Assembly (NCBI RefSeq): GCF_036365525.1
Contig: NC_090413.1
Location: forward strand, 26,226,142 to 26,290,141
Reading direction: 5' to 3'
Length of the DNA stretch: 64,000 bases
From: Heterodontus francisci
Taxonomy: Eukaryota
Positions 11,621-20,551 of this stretch are shown one piece after another. The first letter of the stretch is position 1, and the number at the start of each line of letters is the position of its first letter. The position numbers and the translations under genes are program-made. The notes beneath the pieces are model-generated. The model did no database searches. It was not told where the DNA came from and saw only the letters and a program-made list of their open reading frames with translations.

Positions 11621-13400
11621 TATGTTAAGGACATAAAAAATAGGAGCTGGAGTAGCCCTTAGGGCCCTCTCGAGCCTGCTCCACCATTCAATAAGATCAT
11701 GGCTGATCTGCTACATCAACTCCACTTTCCTGCCTTATCCTACGTTGATATCCAGCCTCCTTTTGAATGAGTCAAGGGTTTCTGCCTAAACTACCCTTTC
11801 AGGCCTTGGTTTGTGTCTAGGCTTTCACTCACTGTGTTGCTCCATTTCCAGGGTCCCTGTGTCCTCTGTAATGTCATTTCCCCCTCTTCAGGAGCTGCAA
11901 CACCACCTGGTATCTCTGCAGGGCCGCTGGTGGGCTCCCAATAGCTGGCGGGAATCCAGCTGAGACTCTGATGGGAATACGGAATGACCCCTGACTCAGG
12001 AAGCTGGGCTGGGGTCACGCCCAGATCGGGATGACAGGAAAAGGTCCTAATCCTTTCAGGAACTCCAGGTTAGACCAGACAACGGCTGACATCAGACCAG
12101 AGCAGCAGATAGTTTGGTGAAATCAGTCAGGGTTCCCCTGTTCCAGACTGGTATCTGTTGGGCAATGTATGAGATCAGGATTGCCTGTGGACAGACGACA
12201 AAGGAAATTGATGCAAAAAGTAATTTAAAAAGTAATAGTGTAGGTGTACATGGCACAAGACAAGTTAAAGAGACTTCTGATGTGAATGGATTAAAACTGT
12301 GAGATGTAAAATGGATCATCAGTTCACCATTACCCATCTTACACTATTGCAGAATTTCAAAATGTCCCCTTTTGAGTTAGTAATGGTTGGATGTCATTCA
12401 ATCTAGGTTAATGTTATGGCAGCAAGAATGAAAAAAGATCCTTCCTCTGATGTAACGTCGAATCTGAGCAAGAGCATTTCGCATGAAGACGTGAGGAGCA
12501 GGTTTAAGGACAAGCACCGGAATAATCAGTTTACACGATGTATACAACTGGACGGAATAAACGCAGAAGCAAAATAATAGCATTTTGAACTGGGTGACTG
12601 AGTAGAAGTCAGGTCACCTCTCTGAAGCTGAGTTTGTAGCACGACTAGATGATGGGATGATGCCTTCTCTCCTTGTCGGTAGGAAGACGAGATCGGGCAG
12701 TCTCACCCAAGCTTTACCTAGTGAGATACCAACCTTAGCTTGCTACAAATTGGCACTAATTTGGCAAAGAGGCCAAGGGGACACATGGTGCAGGAAATGG
12801 AACTGTCATGTTGGAATAATGAGAACAGCTCATTCAGCTTAAATGACCCTTTGGCACTGACACTGGGAGCCAAAAGCAGATGAACATACCATTCCCTAAC
12901 ACTTACATCACTCATTTTAATGAGCATAGAATGTCAGTACAATATTTCGAAGAGAAATTACATGTATTAGGTGGTGCCTTTTACACAGATATATACAGTG
13001 AATGCCCTGAGTTTTATTTCATTGGTTTCAATGTAAGTGGCATTGCAAGTTAAAAGGAACCTCAAATGTTTTCAATTAAATTAAAGCCTTAAGCTTGCTT
13101 CCTACTAGCCAAGGGAGTGGTGTCACCGTCCCACACAATCATCAGGAAGCTGCACTCACAGCAAATGTGGAGTAAAGATAGGGCTGTAACTGAACCGTGC
13201 TCCTTGAGATCACATCTCCTTTCTGGGGTTGAGAAATTACCCTTTATAATTGGTCTGTACTGCAGCCCATTTGTTTCAATGGGACCTATCAACTGCCTCT
13301 CCGTCACTAATATTACCAAAGTGGCACAGCATTGAGGGGATCCAACCCATCCTTGGGAGGTTAAAGTTCCACAATATTAGAAAGACACCAATCTATACAT

Positions 13401-13757
13401 GGGCGGCACAGTGGCGCAGTGGTTAGCACCGCAGCCTCACAGCTCCTGCAACCCAGGTTCAACTCTGGGTACTGCCTGTGTGGAGTTTGCAAGTTCTCCC
13501 TGTGTCTGCGTGGGTTTTCTCCGGGCGCTCCGGTTTCCTCCCACAAACCAAAAGACTTGCAGGTTGATAGGTAAATTGGCCATTATAAATTGCCCCTAGT
13601 ATAGGTAGGTGGTAGGGAAATATAGGGACAGGTGGGGATGTAGTAGGAATATGGGATTAGTGTAGGATTAGTATATATGGGTGGTTGATGGTCGGCACAG
13701 ACTCGGTGGGCCGAAGGGCCTGTTTCAGTGCTGCATCTCTAAAACTAAAACTAAAAA
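13401..13757 (+). mobile_element. HE1-type tRNA-derived SINE
   Basis: Pol III A box TGGCGCAGTGG, B-box-like GGTTCAACTC, 3' tail gggccgaagggcctgtttcagtgctg matching CR1 family A, terminal (CTAAAA)n. Near-identical copy at 43980. Confidence 0.9.
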
Positions 13758-14099
13758 CCTTTGTTAAGTCTAACCTTACTTTGTGTTGACAAAATTTCTG
13801 GTCACACTTTTCTGTCAACATTTAGCCCAGATGATTGCCATGCCAACATTTCCCATTCAGTTTTCCTGTCAATAGTCATGATGTAGGCCTTGGCCACTAT
13901 TCGGCACTTTGTGGTAAGTTCTTAAGCCCTCAATTATTTCACAATTTTGTGTATAACTAGAACGTGTATTCATTAACTGACAGTTGCAACGGCCCAGGAA
14001 ATCTATTATAAAATGGGAGTATTTTGAATAAATCTTTTACCTGCAATTGTTCAACTTGTTTTTTGAAGGGAGTGCCAGTCATTCGAATAATTTACTTAC

Positions 14100-14936
14100 C
14101 GAGATAGTTATGATGAAACTGTTTAACTCCCTGCTGGGAAACCTTTCTGAAGATGTTATAGTCGAGGTGTTGGAGAATTGAATCATTCCTGATGTGGTTG
14201 TACAGGTAAACTACACTTATAACCTGATTGGTAAAATTACTGAGGTCAACCTTTGCTTCAAAGTTTTTACGACGTGCATTTGCCTTTAAACCTGGTTGCC
14301 CCTGAGCCTCACTATAGTAATCTCTCAGCACAGCACTGAGTTTGGGCAGTGGATGTCGGCACTCTGTTAAGAAGTTTCCCAGGATAAAGCCATCCATGCC
14401 TCCATTAATCAAAGCATTTGTGGCCAGGGACCAAGGACCTGACCCAGTGAAAACTTGAGGAGAAGTCACATTGTCCCAACAACCGTCAGGTCCCAGTAAC
14501 ACTTGGCTTTTGTTCAAATAATGGGCCACAAATGCTAATCCTAAATCCTTGGCTAACGTTAGTGCATAAAGATTATCAACTGGGCCTTCCGGCCAAGGGT
14601 ATTCTACATTTCTCTTCAGTCCGGCTTCAATTCCTGCAATAAGATGCCCGACAGCAATTGTCGTTCCATCTGGAGTGAGGACCACACCACGTTCAGCCGA
14701 AGAGCCGACCTCATGGTTCATGACATCTTTAATAAAAGTTTGTCGGTCTTCAGATAGAGCTTCCAGCGGGGCAGAGGATGTTGGGGTTTCAACGAGGAGG
14801 AGGCGATGGAAATCCTGGTCAGATGTTTGCAGACTTCGTAGGATAGCAGTAACATTGAGAATAGTGAATACAGGATCATGACCTTCCAACTCCTCGATGA
14901 CGCTCAAAACATCATTTAGGTGATAGTCTGGTGCCG
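14100..14936 (-). CDS. PGLYRP2: PGLYRP2 coding exon 2 (large N-terminal domain exon, 837 nt)
   Basis: ttctttccag| acceptor, CTCG|gtaagt donor; GVVLTPDGTTIAVGHLIAGIEAG, GPDGCWD and NALINGGMDGFILG motifs typical of PGLYRP2. Confidence 0.93.
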
Positions 14937-15589
14937 CTGGAAAGAAGAACAAACAAGTGCAGACTTTCAGAAAGACACAGAATGACCAGCAATGTGTTGT
15001 CACAAATACAAGGATGACTGGATATCCTCCTCTAAGCGATGCAGTGAGGAGTGTCCCATAATTTGATGTGTCATGAAAAGCCGTGCCAAATTTCCACCAT
15101 CACTAATATGATTAATGCCCTCAGCTAAACTCTCCATTGTCACAAAAGCCCTCCATTTGCAAAAAATAAACCATATCCGGATAATGGAAGAAACCTGCCC
15201 GCACAAATTCAAGCAGAAAGCATGACAAAGACTAATGCAAGCTGACATGTGTTTCTAGGGTGAAGCACCCCTCTGGCTTTAGATTACACTGAGAAACTAC
15301 AAGATCTTCCCTCACAAGGCTAACAGCATTTTCAGTGTCATTTGATGTATTACTTTCTTGGCACGTACTCCAGTCTGAGAGGTAATCCTCCCTCACCTCT
15401 GACATTCCAAACTCTTTCTCCCCATTACAATTTTGCTACTTATTGGTATTTATTGATACTGGTATAGTTGTTCCTTCTCCAAAGTTCTACTATTCTTCTT
15501 CAGCCCAAAGTACTGCTCTCCTCTGTTTCTTCACCGTGTTGAAATCAAGACTAGTGCTTCTCTTATGCTAATTTATTCTAATTCAGGAG

Positions 15590-16002
15590 TCAGCCTCTCG
15601 CCTCTGAGTCAGAAGGGTTCAAGCCCCACTCCAGAGCCTTGAGCATAAAATCTAGATCAACGCTCCCAGTGCAGTACTGAGGGAGTGCTGCACTGTCGGA
15701 GATGCCGTCTTTCAGGTGAGACAACCTGGTCTGCCTTCTCAGGTACATGTCAAAGATCCTACGCTACTATTTTGAAAAAGAGCAGTGTGCCCTGGTCAAT
15801 ATTTATCCCTCAACCAACATCACTGAAAACAGACTATCTGGTCATTATCTCACTGTTGTTTGTGGGAGCTTGCTGTGTGCAAATTGACTGCCGTGTTCCT
15901 ACATTGCAACAATACACTGCTGAAAAGTACTTAATTAATTGGTAAAGTGCGATGGGGCATTTCAAGTTTGTGAAGGGTTCTATATAAATGCAAGTCTTTC
16001 TT
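15590..16002 (+). mobile_element. Deu-domain-type tRNA-derived SINE
   Basis: ctcgcctctgagtcagaagggttcaagccccactccagag head and tatataaatgcaagtctttctt tail. Confidence 0.8.
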
Positions 16003-16404
16003 CAATGAATAACTAGCCCATCTGTTTTTGGTTATTTTGTTGGAGGAATGTCAGCAAAGACATCGAGATAACTCCCTGCATTTCTTCGAAAATGTGCAGG
16101 GAAATCTTTTACATCCACCTGAAAAGGCATTGGTTTAATAGCTCACATTAAAGAAATTCCTACTGCTGAATATTAACGTAATACACAGAATAACTTATTC
16201 AAGAGTATGATCAAAGGCAGTAACTCATCACAGAGCTGAGATAATGTTAAACTGCTCTAGCTGCAGTCCTGTTGCTGAATTAAATTGGCTGAATCCCTCA
16301 ATGGGTTACACACTGCTAATTGTGCAATATGCTGTACCTAATAAGATGAAATATCAATATTCATTTAAAGAGCATTGGTGACTACTAAAAGACATGGTGC
16401 TCAC

Positions 16405-16480
16405 CTTCGACAGACCAGAGGAATGGGTAGAGAGCCCAGAGGAGGAGGAAGCAGTGTAGAATTCTCAGTTTGCTATACAT
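16405..16480 (-). CDS. PGLYRP2: PGLYRP2 coding exon 1 (signal peptide MYSKLRILHCFLLLWALYPFLWSVE)
   Basis: ATG at 16480, hydrophobic signal-peptide-like stretch, strong GAAG|gtgagc donor; phase 1 matches exon 2. Too short for the ORF track. Confidence 0.85.
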
Positions 16481-16499
16481 CCTCAGAGTTCATAAAATG

Positions 16500-16620
16500 A
16501 GCAGAAACCTTTGCTCCCTTTATTGTTTAGTTTGATCTGAAAGTTTGTGTGACATTGCCTTGAACTTTGCTTCCTCTAATCAACAAGTCATTACTTAATC
16601 CGGCTTTAATGCAATATTAT
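16500..16620 (-). promoter_or_regulatory. Putative PGLYRP2 proximal promoter with hepatocyte TF-like motifs
   Basis: FoxA-like TATTGTTTAG 16521-16530, HNF4-like CAAAGTTCA (rc 16561-16569), HNF1-like GATTAAGTAATGAC (rc 16587-16600), all within 120 nt of the ATG. Confidence 0.4.
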
Positions 16621-18513
16621 CTGATCCTGATTGGTAAACTCTGTCTGAAATGTTTAACCATTTTGACGATAGTTTAAAGGGTAATTGATTTTTTTTGGGA
16701 CCCATTTACAGGGCTTTAGTCGGTGCAATGCCCACTAGAGCAAATCCCTGGCCTTGCCCCCTCTCTATCTTTGTAACCTTTTCCAGCCCTACAACCCTCC
16801 GAGATCTCCGCACTCCTCCAACTCTGGTCTCTTGAATGTCTCTGATTTTCATCATTCCAGAATTGGCGGCTGGACCTTCAGCTGCTGAGGCCCTAAGCTC
16901 CAGAATTTCCTCCCTACGCCTTCCGCACTCTTTTCCACCCTTAAGGCACTCCACAAAGCCACCTCTTTGGCCAAGGGCCAGGGTCACCTGCCCTAATATC
17001 TCCTTATGTAGCTGGGTGTCAAATTTTTCTTTATAACACTCCTGTGAAGCGCCTTGGGGCATTTTACTAAGCTAAAGGCGCTTTATAAATGCAGGTTGTT
17101 GTGACATTCAGTGATGATTGGTGATGTTGCAGTTCTTTGCTATGGCCACAGGGTTGCACTGCAGAACGATTCCTAGTTTCTCAAGTCCCACAAAGTTTTC
17201 AGTAACTTTTCAATTGTAGTCAGAGCACGAAAACTGTCATTCCCATTGTTTATTAAACACTTCATTATCACCTACAACTTCATTAGGTAATGCTTTGGTG
17301 ACATACTTTATTTGCTGTTTTTATGGTGCGTTTGGCAGCAATTGAGTAGAATCAGTCCAGAAACAGGCTGTTTGGCCCAACTGATCTATGCCACCTCCCA
17401 CCCTACTTCATCTAATCTTAATTTGAGTAGAGAAAAAGTTGTTCAATTAAAGCATCGCAACTAATCGTGGCTCAAATACTCAGACTTTTACTGATTGTTT
17501 GTTGGGACAGGGAAATAGAGTCATTTAGGACAAAGAAAGAGGCCATTCAGTCCATCGAGTCCTTGACAGCTCTCCACGGAGATAAGCTGTCAGTCCCACT
17601 TCCCGGCTCGATCCCTGCAGCCCTGCGAGTTTATTTTTCTTGACTCCCTCTTGAAGTCAGTGATTGTCTCTGCTTCCAGCACCCTTGTGGGCAGTGAATT
17701 CCAGGTCATTACTACCAGCTGCATAAAAAAGGGCTTCCTCATATTCCCCCTGCATCTTTTTCCCAATAGTTCAATGTGTGTCCCCTAGTCCTTGTACCAT
17801 TTGTTAATGGGTTAGTCCTTGTCATACATAGCTAAGCCTGTCATAATCTTGTACACTTTTATTAAATCTCCCCTCAAACCCAGCATTTCCAACCTAACCT
17901 TGTAAATAAAATCCTCCATCCCTACAACCATTCTGGTAAAGGAGAAGGGAAAAATTCAACCCATTTTCCAAATTGGAAATTGTAATTTTAAATGCTCTCC
18001 ACTAGCTCTGGAGGAAGTGCAGAGAGTGATAATGGAATCTGCTCAGAAATCACAGTTTATACTAACACATGCTTGGTATAGATTCTGGTGTCATAAAAAT
18101 AGCATTCACACACCTAGACGTATATAGTGGATTTCATGTGGTGTAGCACATGTTAAGTCAAGAGAAACCTTTTGCAACTGGTGGGGAATTAGATACAGAA
18201 TAACACTAGACATGCATCCCCAATTTTAATCGCTACACAATTGGCGGCCGTGCCTTCAGCTGCCTGGGCCCTAAAGCTCTGGAATTCCCTCTCTAAATCT
18301 CTCTGCCTCTCTACCTCTAATTTCTCTTTTAAGATGCTCCTTTACACCTACCTCTTTAACCAGGCTTTTGACCACCTGCCCTAATACTCCTGTGGAGTGC
18401 CTGGGGACATTTTACTATGTTAAAGGTGTTACACAAATGCATGTTTTGTAGCTGTTTTACAAGTTTTTTTTGATTTTACTGTAAGTAGACTTTGTACTTA
18501 AATTATCTAATTA

Positions 18514-19782
18514 ATGCAGGTGCAGGTACAGGCGGAGGTACAGGTACAGATGCAGATGCAACTACAGATGATGATACAGGTGCAGGTACAGATGCACATG
18601 CAGATGCAGATACAGATTCAGATGCAGGTACAGGTACAGTTACAGATGCTGATGCAGGTACAATTACAGGTGCAGGTACAGGTACAGGTGCAGATGCAGA
18701 TTCATGTACAGGGTACAGTTGTTGATGCAGGCGCAGGTACAGATGCAGAAGCAGATACAGATGTAGGTACAGGTACAGTGCAGGTACAGGTACAGATGCA
18801 GGTACATGTACAGTTGCAGATGCAGGAGCTGATACAGGTGAAGGTACAGATGCAGCTGCTGATGCAAGTGCAGGTACAGGTGCAGATGCAGGAGCTAATG
18901 CAGGTACAGATGCAGATGCAGGAGCTGATGCAGATACAGGTACAGATGCAGATGCTGATGCAGGCACAGGTACAGATGTAGATGCAGGTACAGATGCAGA
19001 TGCTGATGCAGGTACAGGTACAGATGCAGATGCAGGTGCTGATGCAGATACAGGTACGAATGCAGATGCTGATGCAGGTACAGATGCAGATGCTGATGCA
19101 GGTACAGGTACAGATGCAGATGCAGGTGCTGATGCAGATACAGGTACGAATGCAGATGCTGATGCAGGTACAGATGCAGATGCTGATGCAGGTACAGATG
19201 CAGATGCAAGAGCTGATGCAGATACAGGTGCAGTTGTTGATGTAGGCACAGGTACAGATGCAGAAGCAGGTACAGATGCAGATGCAATTGCAGGTACAGG
19301 TAGAGATGCCGATGCAGGTACAGATGCAGATGGAGATGCAGGTACAGGTACCGATGCAGATGCTGATGCAGGTACAGAGGCAGGAGCTGATGCAGGTACA
19401 GGTACCGATGCAGATGCAGGTACAGATGCAGGTTCAGGTACAGATGCAGATACAGGTGCAGGTAGAGATGCTGATGCAGGTACAGATGCAAATACAATTG
19501 CAGGTACAGATAGAGATACAGATGCAGGTACAGATGCAGATGCAATTGCAGGTAGAGGTAGAGATGCAGGTACAGGTACAGATGCAGATGGAGATGCCGA
19601 TGCAGGTACAGATGCAGATGCAATTGCAGGTACAGGTAGAGATGCTGATGCAGGTACAGATGCAGATGCAATTGCAGGTACAGGTAGAGATGCCAATGCA
19701 GGTACAGATGCAGATGGAGATGCAGGTACAGGTAGAGATGCTTTTTATTTGCAGGTACAGATGCAGATGCAATTGCAGGTAC
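18514..19782. repeat. Hexamer-based tandem array (RCAGRT units: GCAGGT/ACAGAT/GCAGAT/ACAGGT) with higher-order repeats
   Basis: Directly visible periodicity; exact 90-bp duplication 18981-19070 = 19071-19160. Confidence 0.97.
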
Positions 19783-19783
19783 A

Positions 19784-20007
19784 GGGAGTTGTGGGCCAGT
19801 CCGGCCAGCGAACTACACCTCCCGGCATGCAGCGGGCGGCACCCTAGCCTATCAGAGGGCGCGAGTGAGACTCCCAGCCAATGGACAGCGGGCGGAGGCG
19901 GCGCAAGCGCGCTGCTGCTTGAGGCGGAGAGTTGGCGGCGGGAGCCTTGGATACGGAGCGGCGGCGGATTCGGATCTGGATGCGGACACCGACCCAGCCC
20001 GGTCAGT
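19784..20007 (+). promoter_or_regulatory. SLC27A1: CpG-rich promoter and probable non-coding first exon of SLC27A1
   Basis: Dense CpG, ACTACACCTCCCGGCATGC (19812-19830), AGCCAATGG (CCAAT 19878-19882), GGGCGG boxes, donor CCG|GTCAGT after 20001. The ATG exon at 29744 begins with a splice acceptor, so an upstream exon is expected. Confidence 0.72.
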
Positions 20008-20049
20008 GCTTATCCCCCTGTGGGGTGGGGCTCCAGCTGCAACCCACGC

Positions 20050-20470
20050 CCCACGTTCCCCCCCCACCCTCTCCCTTCCCCCCACCCCCTCCCATCATCC
20101 CACCCCCTCCCATCCCCCTCCCACCCCCTCCCTTCCCCCCACCCCCTCCCTTCCCCACACCCCCTCCCTTCCCCCCACCCCCTCCCATCCCACCCCCTCC
20201 CATCCCCCTCCCACCCCCTCCCTTCCCCCCACCCCCTCCCTTCCCCCCTCCCTTCCACACCCCCACCCCCTCCCTTCCACACCCCCACCCCCTCCCTTCC
20301 ACACCCCCTCCCTTCTCCTTCCCCACCCCCACCCTTCCACACCCCCACCCCCTCCCTTCTCCTTCCCCACCCCCTCCCATCCCCCCCCCCACCCCCTCCC
20401 TTCCCTCTCTCCACCCCCCCCCTCTCTCTCTCCACCCCCCCCCCCTCTCTCTCTCCACCCCCCCCCCCTT
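20050..20470. repeat. C-rich low-complexity/minisatellite tract (CCCCACCCCCTCCCTT-like units)
   Basis: About 420 nt almost devoid of G on the + strand, with dozens of C runs of 3 or more. Confidence 0.95.
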
Positions 20471-20538
20471 TGCTGGGTGAAGTAGGTGAGCAATGCGAGA
20501 GCTGGGGAATGGGCCATTTACAGCTAAAGCCACGGAGC

Positions 20539-20551
20539 AGGGCAAAGGTTA
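20539..20551 (+). promoter_or_regulatory. DR1 / PPRE-like element AGGGCA-A-AGGTTA
   Basis: Each half-site is one mismatch from AGGTCA with a 1-nt A spacer; it sits in the first intron of a gene known to be PPAR-regulated in mammals. Confidence 0.45.

Larger units (their letters stand above)
5280..16480 (-). other. PGLYRP2: Gene span: peptidoglycan recognition protein 2 / N-acetylmuramoyl-L-alanine amidase, 5 coding exons, 1488 nt, about 495 aa
   Basis: Exons 16405-16480, 14100-14936, 10835-11045, 6814-7108 and 5280-5348 join with GT-AG introns in consistent phases (1,1,2,0). Product has a signal peptide, the PGLYRP2-type N-terminal domain and a C-terminal amidase domain with all Zn/catalytic motifs (YIHHT, DIGYN, GHRQ, TSCPG). 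Confidence 0.93.

Noticed and set aside
13401-13480. tRNA genes at SINE heads (also 43980, 44440, 57190)
   Set aside because: A/B boxes run directly into SINE bodies and LINE-type tails, with no convincing complete cloverleaf or terminator.
14937-15003. ORF-track extensions of true exons (also 34457-34545, 7109-7254, 55086-55229)
   Set aside because: Intronic read-through beyond canonical splice sites; phases fit only the spliced models.
18492-19772. Long ORFs over the hexamer array (397-aa Ala/Ser/Pro/Val, poly-QM/QV, His/Leu/Tyr, Cys/Ile/Thr) as novel proteins
   Set aside because: The repeat unit lacks stops in most frames, so ORFs appear on both strands. The 397-aa ORF starts at TTG, frames swap at indels near 18710 and 18779, and there is no domain or exon structure.
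18514-19782. CRISPR-like array
   Set aside because: No constant repeat alternating with unique spacers, no cas genes, and the context is a spliced eukaryotic locus.
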